A DNA stretch of 59,798 nucleotides, counting the filler. It is 4 parts of 4 records of this genome, joined end to end, with 100 filler letters (N's around TTAATTAATTAA, not from the genome) between each part and the next. Parts side by side here need not be neighbours in the genome. Positions count along the whole stretch, not along the records: positions 31,740 to 53,696 come from DRR723986_11695; 3 more parts are not named here. One strand, given 5' to 3'. A model generated the notes under the pieces. It was not told the DNA's origin. It worked only from the letters and a program-made list of their open reading frames with translations, and searched no databases. Below, piece after piece: positions 39,059-50,912 of the stretch. A program made the position numbers and the translations under genes. Within the stretch, counting starts at the first letter, position 1. Every line of letters begins with the position of its first letter.

Positions 39059-39060
39059 TC

Positions 39061-39603
39061 ATGCTGAGCAACTCGGACATCGAAGCGCTGGAAGACATTC
39101 TGTTCGCAGAACCCTGGGGAGATCATGCCCTGGACTTTTTCGGGTTCCATGGCGTGGTGTGTGCCAGCGTGATCGGGCCGGTCAGCCTGAAGGCGGAAGA
39201 CCTCTTCCGCCTTGCCACAGGCACAGATCAGTTGCCGGATACCGGCATTCCCGACACGTTTACCCATTGTGTAAATGAGCTTGCACGGGATATGGCCCAC
39301 GCCCTGGATATGGGCCAGCCACTGGAGCTGCCGGAGCCAGAAGACGGCGACCCGATGAATGCTCTGGAAAACTGGTGTGCGGGCTTCGTCGATACCTTCC
39401 TCGAGCATGAGGAGGCTTGGCTGCAAGCTGCGGATGAGGATGAAGTAGCTGACCTCATGGTGCCGATGCTGACACTGTCTGGCCTGTTTGAGGACGAGGA
39501 CTTCCAGAAAGTCCGGAATGACGAGAAGCTGTCAGCCAAGATGGCAGAGGCCATCCCGGACTCGCTGACCGACCTCTACCTGTTGTTCCACGCGCCGGAT
39601 TGA
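39061..39603 (+). CDS. YecA/UPF0149-family protein
   Basis: Acidic protein with GFHGVVCASVIGP, ENWCAGF and L.VPMLTLSG motifs. Confidence 0.75.
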   Translation: MLSNSDIEALEDILFAEPWGDHALDFFGFHGVVCASVIGPVSLKAEDLFRLATGTDQLPDTGIPDTFTHCVNELARDMAHALDMGQPLELPEPEDGDPMNALENWCAGFVDTFLEHEEAWLQAADEDEVADLMVPMLTLSGLFEDEDFQKVRNDEKLSAKMAEAIPDSLTDLYLLFHAPD

Positions 39604-39607
39604 AGCC

Positions 39608-40480
39608 TCAGGCTTCAATCGGCTGCCGAAAATGATGCCAGACGGGCTCCAGCCCCTCTGGCATTTTCATTATGCGCCCCAGCTCACACCAGGGAGCTCC
39701 CGGGAAGTGAAAATCACTGCCCTGAGAGGCCCAGAGTTTTTCCCGCCGCGCCAGCTCGGCCACAAAACCCAGATCGCCACTGGATTGGCCCGACACTGAC
39801 ACCTCAATGCCCTGCCCTCCGGCACTGCCGAAATCCGCAGTTAATGCCCGTAAACGGGTTGCTGTGAGACGATATTTCCTGGGATGCGCCAGCACAGCAA
39901 TCCCGCCGGCCGCCACGATCCATTGCACCACCTCCGGCAACTCCGGCCAACACGCCTTTACATCTCCTGGCTTGCCAGTTCCCAGATACCGTTTAAACGC
40001 GTGCGCCACCTTGGGTACAACACCGTCTTCCACCAGGACTTCGGCAAAATGCGGGCGCCCGGGCACGTCCCCTCCGGCCACTTTCGTCGCCCGCTCAAGA
40101 AGCTGGTCGACGTTCAGGCGGCTTAGCCTGTCGGCGATCATACGCGCCCGCTGCCAGCGGTTCTCGTTCTGGCGCTCAAGTGCGGCGAGAAACGCGGGAT
40201 CACGTTCGTCAAAATCGAGCCCAACCACATGAATGGTATGACTGCGCCAGACACAGGAAAGCTCCACACCGTTAATCAGGGAGAGGCCGGAACCTGATGC
40301 CGCACTTCTCGCCACTTCAAGGCCAGCGATGGTGTCGTGATCGGTCAATGCCAGATGGCTAACCCCTTGCTCAACAGCTCTGGCTACCAGAGCCTCGGGA
40401 GACAGCGCGCCATCGGATGCCGTGCTATGGCAATGCAGATCAATGCACGTTCTGGAGTCTTGGGGTATAGTCACGAACAT
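39608..40480 (-). CDS. PHP-domain phosphoesterase (YciV/TrpH-like)
   Basis: DLHCHSTASDG, LTDHDT, GVELS, GRPHFA, LAHP and GSDFH. Confidence 0.92.
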   Translation of the reverse strand: MFVTIPQDSRTCIDLHCHSTASDGALSPEALVARAVEQGVSHLALTDHDTIAGLEVARSAASGSGLSLINGVELSCVWRSHTIHVVGLDFDERDPAFLAALERQNENRWQRARMIADRLSRLNVDQLLERATKVAGGDVPGRPHFAEVLVEDGVVPKVAHAFKRYLGTGKPGDVKACWPELPEVVQWIVAAGGIAVLAHPRKYRLTATRLRALTADFGSAGGQGIEVSVSGQSSGDLGFVAELARREKLWASQGSDFHFPGAPWCELGRIMKMPEGLEPVWHHFRQPIEA

Positions 40481-40561
40481 TCCTGATTAACGAAACGGGC
40501 ACCAGTGTAGCAGCCTTCAGGCAGTGCCCCTAACCTCAGCTGATCACCGATCGGAGAACTC

Positions 40562-40861
40562 ATGTATTACGCCATCATCAGCGAAGACATTGCCAATAGC
40601 CTGCCCTTGCGCAAAGAAGCCCGACCCGCGCACCTGGCCCGGCTGGAACAGCTCAAGGCCGAAGGTCGGTTACTGGTAGCCGGCCCCCATCCGGCCATTG
40701 ATTCGCCCGATCCTGGAGAAGCAGGCTTCAGTGGTAGCCTGGTCATCGCCGAGTTTGAATCGCTGGAGAAGGCTCAGGCCTGGGCCGATGCAGATCCCTA
40801 CGTCGATGCCGGCGTGTATGAAAAGGTAATCGTCAAACCCTACAAGGTGGTGCTGCCCTGA
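40562..40861 (+). CDS. yciI: YciI-family protein
   Basis: [24 protein letters not shown] and DPY. Confidence 0.92.
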   Translation: MYYAIISEDIANSLPLRKEARPAHLARLEQLKAEGRLLVAGPHPAIDSPDPGEAGFSGSLVIAEFESLEKAQAWADADPYVDAGVYEKVIVKPYKVVLP

Positions 40862-40978
40862 ACGCACCAGCCGCCAGCATGAGCGGATTGTAACGCTGAG
40901 GTGCTTGAATAGCGGCCACCTTGTGACAGAATTGCGGGTTTAAATCATCAGTAATAACACTATCAGGGAACGTACTCC

Positions 40979-41647
40979 GTGACACCGCTCCGCCTCCTTT
41001 TCAGCCTTGTGCTTATTGTCAGCTCCGTTTCCGTTGCGCAGGCGCGCACCGTCTGGGTCGATGATCAGCTTTACCTGCCTGTGCGCTCGGGCGCTGGCAG
41101 CCAGTATCGGATCATCGAAAACGCGGTTCCCAGCGGAACGCCACTGGAAGTTCTCGAGACCGGTGAGAGCTATACCCGCGTACGCACCCCGAAAGGCACC
41201 GAAGGCTGGGTATCGAGCCAATACCTGAGCAATGAACCCATCGCCGCAGACCAACTACGAAGAATCAGCCAGCAGTTGGATGCGGCACGGGCCGAGCTGA
41301 CCGAAACACGGCAGCAACTGGCAACCGTTACCGAAGAACGAAATTCTCTGCAGAATGCCGAGAATAATCTTTCCAATCGGGCTGAAGACCTGCAAACTGA
41401 ACTACAACGCATCAAGAATATTGCCGCTGACTCCATCAATCTTGAGCGTCGTAACCGTGAATTGCGCGAAGAAAACCAGAAACTGCGGAATGATCTGGAA
41501 GTACTGACAGCGGAAAACGAGCGTCTTGAAGCCAGCAAGGAATCTGATTTCATGCTTCTGGGCGCGGGCCTCGTGTTTGGCGGCGTACTGCTGGCCCTGA
41601 TCATTCCCATGCTCAAACCGACAAGAAAAACCGACAACTGGGCGTAA
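40979..41647 (+). CDS. SH3 domain protein (YgiM/TIGR04211 type)
   Basis: Signal peptide, VRSGAGSQYRII, GTEGWV, a coiled coil and a C-terminal TM helix. Confidence 0.88.
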   Translation: MTPLRLLFSLVLIVSSVSVAQARTVWVDDQLYLPVRSGAGSQYRIIENAVPSGTPLEVLETGESYTRVRTPKGTEGWVSSQYLSNEPIAADQLRRISQQLDAARAELTETRQQLATVTEERNSLQNAENNLSNRAEDLQTELQRIKNIAADSINLERRNRELREENQKLRNDLEVLTAENERLEASKESDFMLLGAGLVFGGVLLALIIPMLKPTRKTDNWA

Positions 41648-41652
41648 AGGTG

Positions 41653-41943
41653 ATGAAAGATTACTCTGAGAAGCGCGACTTCCATCGTATGCAGGTGAAC
41701 AGCACCATCACGATTATCGGCAACGATGGAGAAACCCACACCGGTACCTGCCGGGATCTCAGTGCCGCCGGTATGCAAGTAGCAGTGGAACGACCGTTCA
41801 GGATTGGCGAAGAGCTGAGGACCCGAATGGAGTCCGCTGGGGATCAGTTCCCGCCCCTGGAGACGCTCGGTGAGGTGGTGCGTTGCGAGCCGGATGGTGA
41901 TGGTTATCTGCTCGGAATCAACATCATAGAAGTGACCCAATAA
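41653..41943 (+). CDS. Stand-alone PilZ-domain (c-di-GMP-binding) protein
   Basis: RDFHR (RxxxR) and DLSAAG (DxSxxG) motifs. Confidence 0.9.
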   Translation: MKDYSEKRDFHRMQVNSTITIIGNDGETHTGTCRDLSAAGMQVAVERPFRIGEELRTRMESAGDQFPPLETLGEVVRCEPDGDGYLLGINIIEVTQ

Positions 41944-41972
41944 AAAACGGCGGCCCAAAGGCCGCCGTTTTT
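41942..41972. terminator. Bidirectional rho-independent terminator
   Basis: AAAAAACGGCGGCC-CAAA-GGCCGCCGTTTTT between the convergent PilZ gene and rraA. Confidence 0.9.
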
Positions 41973-41992
41973 GTCTGTGCCGAGGCCGCGGC

Positions 41993-42472
41993 TTAAACCA
42001 GCGGCTTCTCGGAGACGATGATGCCGTTGTTATCGGCATACACATACTGCCCGGGCTTGAACGTCACACCGTGGAATGTCACCGGGATATTCAGATCACC
42101 GATACCACGCTTTTCGGTCTTGCGCGGTACGGTACCCAGGGCCTGAACGCCCAGAGTAGTCTGTCCAATCTCATCTACATCACGGATGCAGCCATAGATG
42201 ATCAGGCCAGCCCAGCCGTTTTCCGCGGCTTTCTCGGCCAGCATATCCCCCAGCAGTGCATTGCGCTTGGACGCGCCACCGTCAACCACCATCACGCGGC
42301 CGTTACCGGGCAGCCCAACCTGCTCTTTAACCACTGAGTTGTCTTCAAAGCACTTCACGGTCACGATCTCACCGCCGAACTGGCGCACGCCACCGTAATT
42401 GTTGAAGCCAGGTTCGACCACCTGCACTTCCGGAAATTCGTCACACAGATCCGGAGTAATAATCTTGCTCAC
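41993..42472 (-). CDS. rraA: Regulator of RNase E activity RraA / HMG aldolase-like
   Basis: [31 protein letters not shown] and YADNNG. Confidence 0.95.
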   Translation of the reverse strand: MSKIITPDLCDEFPEVQVVEPGFNNYGGVRQFGGEIVTVKCFEDNSVVKEQVGLPGNGRVMVVDGGASKRNALLGDMLAEKAAENGWAGLIIYGCIRDVDEIGQTTLGVQALGTVPRKTEKRGIGDLNIPVTFHGVTFKPGQYVYADNNGIIVSEKPLV

Positions 42473-42510
42473 GTTGTCGCTCTCCTTTTCCCATTCCCAA
42501 GTGTTGGTGA

Positions 42511-44883
42511 TCAGTCGATCTTCTCGTCGGCCAGGAAGAACCAGGTATCGAGTACCGAATCCGGGTTCAGAGACACAGTATCAATGCCCTCATCCATCAG
42601 CCACTTGGCCAGATCCGGATGATCTGACGGGCCCTGACCACAGATGCCGATATACTTACCGGTTTTCTTGCAGGCCTGGATAGCGTTGGACAAGAGCGCC
42701 TTCACCGCATCGTTACGCTCATCGAACAGGTGGGCAATGATACCGGAATCCCGGTCAAGACCGAGCGTCAGCTGAGTCAGATCGTTGGAACCGATGGAGA
42801 AGCCATCAAAGTGCTCCAGGAACTGCTCCGCCAGAATGGCATTGGCCGGCAGTTCACACATCATGATGACCCGCAGGCCGTTCTCACCGCGCTTCAGGCC
42901 GTTTTCCGCCAGCAGGTTCACCACCTGTTCGGCTTCGCCGACAGTCCGTACAAACGGCACCATCACTTCAACGTTGGTCAGGCCCATTTCATTACGGACC
43001 TTCTTCAGAGCCCGACACTCAAGCTCGAAACAGTCGCGGAAGGTATCGGAGATATAGCGCGATGCACCACGGAAGCCCAGCATCGGGTTTTCTTCGTCCG
43101 GCTCGTACAGGGTGCCACCAATCAGATTGGCGTACTCATTGGATTTGAAGTCGGACAAACGCACAATCACTTTCTTCGGAGCGAACGCCGCTGCCAGGGT
43201 GGAAATACCTTCCACCAGCTTGTCCACGTAGAAATCCACCGGTGAGGCATAGCCGGAAATGCGCTTTTCCACGGTCTGTTTGATGTCACGGGGCAGGCCA
43301 TCGAAGTTCAACAGCGCTTTCGGGTGCACGCCGATCATCCGGTTAATGATGAACTCAAGGCGGGCCAGACCCACACCTTCATTGGGCAGCGCCTGGAAGT
43401 CAAAGGCGCGGTCCGGGTTACCCACGTTCATCATGATCTTGAACGGAATGTTGGGCATGGAGTCCACGGTATTCTCACGCAGCTCGAAGTCCAGAGCACC
43501 CTCGTAGATCATACCGGTGTCACCTTCGGCGCAGGAGACGGTCACGTCCTGACCATCCTTGAGCACCTCGGTGGCATCGCCACAGCCCACAACCGCCGGA
43601 ATACCCAACTCCCGGGCAATAATGGCGGCGTGGCAGGTACGGCCGCCACGGTCGGTAACAATGGCCGAAGCCCGCTTCATCACCGGCTCCCAGTCCGGGT
43701 CGGTCATATCGGTGACGAGCACGTCGCCGGCCTGTACCCGGTCCATTTCGTTAATGCTGGTGATGATCTTCACCGGGCCACTGCCGATCTTGTGGCCGAT
43801 ACTGCGACCTTCCACCAGTACTTTGCCGGTTTCCTTCAGCAGGTAACGTTCCATCACATTGGCAGCTGCACGACTCTTGACCGTTTCCGGCCGGGCCTGA
43901 ACGATGTAGATCTTGCCGTCATCACCATCTTTGGCCCACTCAATGTCCATCGGGCGCTGGTAATGCTTTTCAATAATCATGGCCTGCTTGGCCAGTTCTT
44001 CCACTTCCGCATCGGTGATGGAAAAACGATTACGGTCTTCCTGCTCTACCTTCACGGTTTCAACAAACTTACCTTCACCCGGTTCGGAATGGTAAACCAT
44101 CTTGATGGCCTTGCTGCCGAGGTTACGGCGCAATACCGACGGACGTCCGGCTTCCAGGGTCGGCTTGTGTACGTAGAATTCGTCAGGGTTCACGGCACCC
44201 TGCACCACGGTTTCACCGAGGCCGTATGAGGAGGTAATAAACACGACATCGCGGAAACCGGACTCGGTATCCAGGGTGAACATAACACCGCTGGAAGCGG
44301 TTTCACTGCGAACCATCTTCTGGATACCGGCAGACAACGCTACCAGCTTGTGATCAAAACCATGGTGCACGCGATAGGAGATCGCCCGGTCATTGAACAG
44401 CGAGGCAAACACCTCTTTCACCGAGGTACGAACCTGCTCCAGGCCCACCACGTTCAGGAAGGTTTCCTGCTGGCCGGCGAAAGAGGCATCAGGAAGGTCC
44501 TCCGCGGTGGCGGAGGAACGCACCGCGACAGCCATCTGGTCATTACCGGCCTGAAGCTTGGCATAGGCTTCTTTCAAGGCGTTATCCAGCACTTCCGGAA
44601 ACGCGGTGTCGATTACCCACTGGCGAATCTGGGAGCCAACCCGCGCCAGTTCGTTAACGTCGTTGACATCCAGGGCATCCAGGGCTTCGTCAATGCGGTC
44701 TTTCAGGCCGTCGGTGGCCAGGAATTCACGGTAAGCATGAGCAGTGGTAGCGAAACCGCCAGGGACGGTAACACCAGCATTGGCGAGATTACTGATCATT
44801 TCACCGAGGGAAGCATTCTTGCCTCCAACCCGGTCTACGTCGGACATTCCCAGGTGGTCAAACCAGATAATGTAATCTTCCAA
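42511..44883 (-). CDS. ppsA: Phosphoenolpyruvate synthase
   Basis: [42 protein letters not shown] (phospho-His) and GSNDLTQL. Confidence 0.98.
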   Translation of the reverse strand: MEDYIIWFDHLGMSDVDRVGGKNASLGEMISNLANAGVTVPGGFATTAHAYREFLATDGLKDRIDEALDALDVNDVNELARVGSQIRQWVIDTAFPEVLDNALKEAYAKLQAGNDQMAVAVRSSATAEDLPDASFAGQQETFLNVVGLEQVRTSVKEVFASLFNDRAISYRVHHGFDHKLVALSAGIQKMVRSETASSGVMFTLDTESGFRDVVFITSSYGLGETVVQGAVNPDEFYVHKPTLEAGRPSVLRRNLGSKAIKMVYHSEPGEGKFVETVKVEQEDRNRFSITDAEVEELAKQAMIIEKHYQRPMDIEWAKDGDDGKIYIVQARPETVKSRAAANVMERYLLKETGKVLVEGRSIGHKIGSGPVKIITSINEMDRVQAGDVLVTDMTDPDWEPVMKRASAIVTDRGGRTCHAAIIARELGIPAVVGCGDATEVLKDGQDVTVSCAEGDTGMIYEGALDFELRENTVDSMPNIPFKIMMNVGNPDRAFDFQALPNEGVGLARLEFIINRMIGVHPKALLNFDGLPRDIKQTVEKRISGYASPVDFYVDKLVEGISTLAAAFAPKKVIVRLSDFKSNEYANLIGGTLYEPDEENPMLGFRGASRYISDTFRDCFELECRALKKVRNEMGLTNVEVMVPFVRTVGEAEQVVNLLAENGLKRGENGLRVIMMCELPANAILAEQFLEHFDGFSIGSNDLTQLTLGLDRDSGIIAHLFDERNDAVKALLSNAIQACKKTGKYIGICGQGPSDHPDLAKWLMDEGIDTVSLNPDSVLDTWFFLADEKID

Positions 44884-45015
44884 AGCGTGTCTCCCTTGAG
44901 TCTGTGTAGCGCGGAGTCTCGAATCTGGCGTGTATGATACTGTAAGCTGCGGAAATTACCTAGGGAGGCAACCAAAGACTCCCGGGAACAAGTTCAAACC
45001 AGACCGGATACGACC

Positions 45016-45831
45016 ATGAAAAGAACGGCGTTTTTTATCTCTGATGGCACTGGCCTTACGGCAGAAGCGCTCGGCCATGCCCTTTTGGCGCAGTTTGAAA
45101 AAATCGAGTTTGAGCGGGTTACCGTGCCCTATATCGACGATGAGGAGAAGGCCCGGGATCTTGTCAGCCGCATCAACAAAGCGTCGGAAATCGATGGGGA
45201 ACGGCCGCTGGTATTCGACACCATCGTTAATGGCGGCATCAGGGAAATTATCAGCCGGGCAGACGGCTTTATGGTAGATATCTTCGGAACCTTCCTGAAC
45301 CCTCTGGAGCAGGAACTCAACTCGTCGTCCTCCTACTCCGTAGGCAAATCCCACTCCATCAATAACGCGGGCAGCTACGAGCGCCGGATCCACGCAGTCA
45401 ACTTCGCGCTGGACAATGACGACGGTGCCCGCACCCGGCATTACGATGAGGCCGACCTGATTCTGATCGGGGCATCCCGGAGCGGTAAAACGCCCACCTG
45501 CCTGTACCTGGCCCTGCAGTACGGCATCAAGGCCGCCAACTATCCGATTACCGAAGAAGATCTGGACGACCAGAAGATGCCCGCCGCGCTCCGGCCCCAT
45601 AAGGAAAAACTGTTTGGCCTGACCATCGAACCGGAACGCCTTGCCACCATTCGTAATGAGCGCCGACCGAACTCCCGCTACTCATCGCTGCAGCAATGCA
45701 TGCATGAGATTGAAGAAATCGAATTAATGTACAAGCGGGAGCGGATTCCCTATCTGAATACTACGGCGTATTCCGTTGAGGAAATCTCGACCAGAATCAT
45801 GGTGACAACGGGCCTGAAGCGGCACCGCTGA
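45016..45831 (+). CDS. ppsR: PEP synthase regulatory protein (kinase/pyrophosphorylase)
   Basis: [23 protein letters not shown] and SVEEI; divergent from ppsA. Confidence 0.95.
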   Translation: MKRTAFFISDGTGLTAEALGHALLAQFEKIEFERVTVPYIDDEEKARDLVSRINKASEIDGERPLVFDTIVNGGIREIISRADGFMVDIFGTFLNPLEQELNSSSSYSVGKSHSINNAGSYERRIHAVNFALDNDDGARTRHYDEADLILIGASRSGKTPTCLYLALQYGIKAANYPITEEDLDDQKMPAALRPHKEKLFGLTIEPERLATIRNERRPNSRYSSLQQCMHEIEEIELMYKRERIPYLNTTAYSVEEISTRIMVTTGLKRHR

Positions 45832-45841
45832 GGCAGGAAAC

Positions 45842-45870
45842 CCGGCAGAGAGCCAATGGCCCTCTGCCGG
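45842..45870. terminator. Stem-loop between convergent ppsR and the M16 peptidase gene
   Basis: CCGGCAGAG...CTCTGCCGG inverted repeat. Confidence 0.55.
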
Positions 45871-45875
45871 TCAGA

Positions 45876-48800
45876 TCAAAGTTCCTGAATGTCCATGCCA
45901 AGCCCTTCCACAACCGCACGGTTGTCGGGGCTTGTCACGACGGCCACATTGGCCTTTTCAGGCGCAAGCCAGGTCTTGGCCACGCGCTGAAGCTCGTCCA
46001 GAGTGACACCAAGAACCCTCTCACGGAAACGTGCGCGCTGCTCCGGCGTACGCCCGAACAGCCTGTTGTGGTAAGCATGGCGAGCCGCTCCGGCTGGCGA
46101 GCGGGGGCGGTCGAGTTGGCCGATCACACCCAGGATAGCCTCTTCCAGAGCCTGGTGCTCATGCGCTTCGCTGTATAACCAGTTCAGCGCTGCATCGAAG
46201 TCATCCAGGGTTTCCGCAAGGCGGGGATCGCGATAGGAGAAGAACCGGAAAACACCATTCACGCTGTCCTGGCCGGCGCCACCACCGTAGGCCCCGCCTT
46301 TTTCACGGATGGCCCGGTGCAGATAACCGTTCCGGAGAAAGCCTCCCAGTACCGTCAGCGCAGCCGCATCGGGATGATCCACCGCAACCGTCGGGTAGGC
46401 TTTGGCACAGAAATTGACCTGGGTAGATGTCAGCCAGGCCTCCCGGGTGTTGTAACTGACCGGCTCCATGGACCAGTTACCCTCACCCTCTGCAGACACT
46501 CCGCTCCAGCAAGTGCCCAACTCATCCAGCATGGGCGACAACTGGTCGTCCTCACCAATCAGCAGGAACTGGCGGTTCTGGCTGCGAATACGGTTGTGCA
46601 GCGCGGCCAGCTTGCCACAGAAATCGGCCAGGCCGGCTTCATCTTTGAGCTGCTGATCAAGCTCCTTGGTACCACGAATTCCAGCCAGACCACCCAGACG
46701 GTACGACAACCAGGCACCGGAACTGACGCCCTGAGCCGCTGCGCCCATGGCCAGGGCATGCCCGCTGCCCGTCACCGCCTGCTCACGGCGAGCCCGGATC
46801 TGGGCAATGATCTCACGAACACGCTCTTTTTCGTCAAAACGGGCCCCGGTGTAGACATCCTTCAGCAGGCGGGTCAGCGCTTTGCTGTTGCGGCTCAGCG
46901 CCTTGCCACTGAAAATCAGATAGCCGGTCATAGCCTGAACATCATCAATCTGCCCCTTGGCAGTAAAAGAAGCGCCGATGCCGCCAGATTCCGCAGAAAT
47001 ACGATCCTGCATTTGCAAGTAATCCAGCTCTCCACACCCCACTTCGGAAATCAGAGTGGTGTAATAAGGCAACAGCAACAATTCGTCTTTGCTCAGAGCC
47101 GGCAGCGGTAGCACCACCTGCTGATACACCAGGCCATTAGTGCCTCGGGAATAAACGGTCGCACCGGTTTCGGCATCGTACCGTCCCTCCGGCTCCGGCA
47201 TCTGCAGCGGCACATCATCCAGCCCAACCTTGGGCAGTATGGAATCATCATCCTTGCGCATCTGGCGCTCTTCCAGTGCCTGAGCACGCTGCACAATATG
47301 GCTGATATCATCGTCGGACAGCTCCGCCTTGCGCCGGGCAAGGGCTTCCTTGATGGCCTGCTGACGACGGCCTTCGAGTTTTTCATCCGGGCGCAAGGTC
47401 AGGGTTACCCGGTGCGGGTTCTCCAGCAACTTGCGCCGGATCAGCCCGGGCACATACTCGGGATCCTTGATCTTTTCCCTCAATGTGGCCAATACCGGCT
47501 CGAGATCCAGCAGTTCCACCGGATCACCACCATGAACCATGGGGGCAATCGCGCTCATGATCAGTTGCAAGCCGTAGGGGAACTGGTCTCCGGCAATCTC
47601 CCGCTGGTGCAGTTCCAACTGATGCAGGATGGCCTCGAGGCGCTCCTGGCTGACACCGTCATCCACCACCTTCTGCAGCGTAGACTCAATCAGCTGTTCC
47701 AGATCCGCCCTGCGCTCCGGCTCGCTGCCCTCAATACCGCAAACGAAGGTCATTTCCCGGTTGGAATCCTCCAGCCCGCACATGGGAGACGGCGCATGGC
47801 CCAGGTCTGTGGTTTCCAGCGCCCGCATCAACGGCGATGCGCTATTTTCCAGCAAGACGGCAGACAATAACTGGCCTTCAAGATTTTCCTGCAGGTCGAA
47901 GCTGTGGCCCAGCAACCACCCCATCACAATGTGGGTCTTGTTGTCGGTGCTCTCACCTTCATTTACCGCATAGCCCTGCTCTACCCGGACCGGCGCGAAC
48001 ATGCGCTTCTCGTCTTTCACCGGCAGTTCAATATCCAGCCGATCGAACCGTTTCAGCGCCAGCTCTTCAAACTTCTCGTGGTGTTCCCGGGCCGGGATAT
48101 TGCCGTAGGTCGCAAAAATCGCATTGCTCGGGTGGTAGTGGTGGCGATAGAACTTCACCAGGTCGTCATAACTCAGATCGACAATATGGTCCGGCTCGCC
48201 GCCGCTGTTGTAGTGATAAGTCGTGGTCGGGAACAGATGGCTGGTCAGGTTCTGCCAGAGCTGGGAGGTAGGTGCACTCATCGCCCCTTTCATCTCGTTG
48301 TAGACCACACCCCGGTAGACCAGGTCGCTGGATGGGTCATCCGGCTTGTCAAATTCCAGGCGATGACCTTCCTGTGCAAAATCCAGCGGGTCCAGCTTGG
48401 AGAAGAACACGGAATCCAGGTACACCGACAGCAGATTATCGAAGTCCTTGCGGTTCATGCTGGCAAAGGGATAAGCAGTCCAGTCGCTGCTGGTGAACGC
48501 GTTCATGAAAGTGTTCAGGGAGCGGCGAATCATCATGAAGAACGGATCACGCACCGGGTAACGCTCACTGCCGCACAGGGCGGTATGCTCCAGGATGTGG
48601 GCGACACCGGTCGAATCCATCGGGAACGTTCGCAAAGCAACGAAGAATACGTTCTCGTCGTTATCCGCCGCCAGGTGAAGATGGCGTGCACCGGTCTTTT
48701 TATGGCGATACTCCTCAACCTCAAGGTTCAGGGTGCCGATCCGGTGACTGCGAAGTTTCTCAAAAGCCGGATGGATTGCGTTGTCAGTCACTGCAGCCAT
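45876..48800 (-). CDS. Insulinase-family (M16C, presequence-protease-like) zinc metallopeptidase
   Basis: Inverted Zn motif HILEH, RSLNTFMNAFT, GVVYNEMKG, IREKGGAYG and SYRDP. Start moved to the ATG at 48800. Confidence 0.93.
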   Translation of the reverse strand: MAAVTDNAIHPAFEKLRSHRIGTLNLEVEEYRHKKTGARHLHLAADNDENVFFVALRTFPMDSTGVAHILEHTALCGSERYPVRDPFFMMIRRSLNTFMNAFTSSDWTAYPFASMNRKDFDNLLSVYLDSVFFSKLDPLDFAQEGHRLEFDKPDDPSSDLVYRGVVYNEMKGAMSAPTSQLWQNLTSHLFPTTTYHYNSGGEPDHIVDLSYDDLVKFYRHHYHPSNAIFATYGNIPAREHHEKFEELALKRFDRLDIELPVKDEKRMFAPVRVEQGYAVNEGESTDNKTHIVMGWLLGHSFDLQENLEGQLLSAVLLENSASPLMRALETTDLGHAPSPMCGLEDSNREMTFVCGIEGSEPERRADLEQLIESTLQKVVDDGVSQERLEAILHQLELHQREIAGDQFPYGLQLIMSAIAPMVHGGDPVELLDLEPVLATLREKIKDPEYVPGLIRRKLLENPHRVTLTLRPDEKLEGRRQQAIKEALARRKAELSDDDISHIVQRAQALEERQMRKDDDSILPKVGLDDVPLQMPEPEGRYDAETGATVYSRGTNGLVYQQVVLPLPALSKDELLLLPYYTTLISEVGCGELDYLQMQDRISAESGGIGASFTAKGQIDDVQAMTGYLIFSGKALSRNSKALTRLLKDVYTGARFDEKERVREIIAQIRARREQAVTGSGHALAMGAAAQGVSSGAWLSYRLGGLAGIRGTKELDQQLKDEAGLADFCGKLAALHNRIRSQNRQFLLIGEDDQLSPMLDELGTCWSGVSAEGEGNWSMEPVSYNTREAWLTSTQVNFCAKAYPTVAVDHPDAAALTVLGGFLRNGYLHRAIREKGGAYGGGAGQDSVNGVFRFFSYRDPRLAETLDDFDAALNWLYSEAHEHQALEEAILGVIGQLDRPRSPAGAARHAYHNRLFGRTPEQRARFRERVLGVTLDELQRVAKTWLAPEKANVAVVTSPDNRAVVEGLGMDIQEL

Positions 48801-48899
48801 TAAAAAATCCTGTGTATAGAACAATTGGAGAATTACAGGGTAACACGTAGTATCGGATATCATGCACGGAACGGACTCAACAAGGTAGCCTGCCAATCC

Positions 48900-49361
48900 A
48901 TGACAGACCGCAGCCCAGACAAATCCCACATCGACGCCCCTGAAGTTGCCGCCTGGTGGGCCGAACGACGCCAGTATCTCGAGCGAATCCGCAAAGTTCC
49001 CGAGATTCGACAGCGATTCTGGCGGGAAGTTGCTATCTACCTGTTACGGCGTGTGCTGTGGTCTTACGGCTTCTTCCCCATCTTCATTGCCTTCTGGCTG
49101 CCCTTTGTCCTGGCCAGCTTCAACCCGGTAGTCATGGCCGGTGACCTGATCCCGATGCTGCAGGAGTTCGTCAACTCGAATCCGGAGGAACAGGCCACGA
49201 CCATCAGCACCCTGACGATCGCCTGGCTGTCGATCGGCTCCTTTTTCCTGATATTCGATTTTGTTCTGACCCCGTTCCGGTCTCCCTATCAATATGAAGC
49301 CGATGTTTACATGAAGTCCTGGGAGCAACTTAACCATGATCGGCTTCCGGACAAAATGTGA
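48900..49361 (+). CDS. Hypothetical membrane protein (2 TM helices)
   Basis: 153-aa ORF with hydrophobic segments VLWSYGFFPIFIAFWLPFVL and LTIAWLSIGSFFLIFDFVL. Confidence 0.7.
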   Translation: MTDRSPDKSHIDAPEVAAWWAERRQYLERIRKVPEIRQRFWREVAIYLLRRVLWSYGFFPIFIAFWLPFVLASFNPVVMAGDLIPMLQEFVNSNPEEQATTISTLTIAWLSIGSFFLIFDFVLTPFRSPYQYEADVYMKSWEQLNHDRLPDKM

Positions 49362-49475
49362 TACGACCGGCATTCTGATCAAGTTCAGACACTTTCTGTT
49401 ACATAACGTTGCAGACAGTGGTTAAGATGAACCCATAACAAAGCATCCGGAACACTTGGATCAAGAGGTTTTGTC

Positions 49476-50861
49476 ATGGTCGATTTCAGGCCGCTGCTGT
49501 TCATCAATGCACTTGCGCTCATGCTTCTGGTTACTGCCGGATTCGCATCGGTTCGCAAGGATCTGGATACCACCGACACCACAGCTCCGGCTCTGGCGCA
49601 AACCGTGGAGCATGCCACCGCGCCGGAAACCTCAGCCGCGAAAACACCCACAACCCGGATTGAAGCCGAAACACCCGCACCTGTGGCTGAAGAGCCGCTG
49701 TTTGCTGATACCCGCGAGACACCATTGGCAGACACTCCGGAGACGCCGCAGCCCGTCGACAACGCGCTTCCGGCCACCGGCGAACAGACCGAAACAGCAG
49801 CAAACAGCGAACCGTTCACCGTTGAACCAATGCCCGAAAACCCGGAAATGCTGGCCATGGCCGAACCAGTTTCGGCTATGCGTTCCCAACGCGACGTGCC
49901 GGAGACGAAACCCGCGCCCGAGCCTCCGAAAACCGGCACCCTGGTGTTACGCTCCAACGTGGTGGGCGATCAGGTTACGATCAACGGTAAATCCTATGGC
50001 GCCACCCGCCTGGACCTGGAGCTGGACCCCGGCCTCTATGACATCACCATCGAAAAGCCCGGATACCAGTCCTGGAGCAATTCAGTGGCACTGGAAGCCG
50101 GCGACGAACTCACGCTGGTCGGCAAACTGGAAGCCTTCACCACCGTAAACTACAGGAATGGTGAATGGCGCGGCGGCATCACCACTGGTGATGGCACCTG
50201 GGAAGATAGCTCCGGCCTGCGTTATGAAGGCCACTTCGTGGACGCCGAGTTTGATGGTTCCGGTACCGCCTGGTACGCCGATGGAAGCCGCTACGAGGGC
50301 GACTGGAAACAGGGCGAACGGCACGGTGAGGGGCGCTGGCGCTCCGCAGACGGCACGACTTATACCGGCCAGTTCCAGAACGATCAGTTCCACGGCAAGG
50401 GCACGCTTACCCTGGCCAACGGCGACATATTGACCGGAAACTGGGAGCAGGGCCGTATGAATGGCCATGGTTCCCTGACCACCGCCGATGGCATGCTGTA
50501 CGTTGGCGGCTTTCGGAATGATGAATTCCACGGCCAGGGCGCCCTCACCTACCCGGACGGACGCTCCTACGAAGGCGAATTCTCCAACGGCGAATTTCAT
50601 GGCAAGGGCTCGGAAGTCTTTGCTGACGGAAAGAAATACGATGGCCAGTACATGGAAGGCAAGTTCCACGGCAAAGGCCTGCTGCGCAACCCTAACGGCA
50701 GCTCCATCGAGGCCACTTTCCGCCATGGTGAACCCTATGGACAGGTTCGGCTGACAACCGCGGCCGGCGAAGTGTTTACCGCCCGCACCACGGAACCCGG
50801 TGTCTGTTATCGGGAAAAGAGTTATCGGGCAACCCAGTGCCCGCAACTGGAAGGCTGGTAA
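49476..50861 (+). CDS. Membrane-anchored PEGA-domain / MORN-repeat protein
   Basis: N-terminal TM helix, P/T/E-rich linker, PEGA domain (GTLVLRSN...LDPGLYDITIEKPGY) and about 8 MORN repeats (YEGxWxxGxxHGxG). Confidence 0.88.
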   Translation: MVDFRPLLFINALALMLLVTAGFASVRKDLDTTDTTAPALAQTVEHATAPETSAAKTPTTRIEAETPAPVAEEPLFADTRETPLADTPETPQPVDNALPATGEQTETAANSEPFTVEPMPENPEMLAMAEPVSAMRSQRDVPETKPAPEPPKTGTLVLRSNVVGDQVTINGKSYGATRLDLELDPGLYDITIEKPGYQSWSNSVALEAGDELTLVGKLEAFTTVNYRNGEWRGGITTGDGTWEDSSGLRYEGHFVDAEFDGSGTAWYADGSRYEGDWKQGERHGEGRWRSADGTTYTGQFQNDQFHGKGTLTLANGDILTGNWEQGRMNGHGSLTTADGMLYVGGFRNDEFHGQGALTYPDGRSYEGEFSNGEFHGKGSEVFADGKKYDGQYMEGKFHGKGLLRNPNGSSIEATFRHGEPYGQVRLTTAAGEVFTARTTEPGVCYREKSYRATQCPQLEGW

Positions 50862-50912
50862 TCACCCGGTCGCAGCACCCACGCGTTTGCAGTAACAGGT
50901 TGAGGTAGTGAC

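Noticed and set aside
45876-48800. Eukaryote-like presequence protease in a bacterium
   Set aside because: M16C peptidases are known in many bacteria, and this one sits among core genes with no sign of recent transfer.
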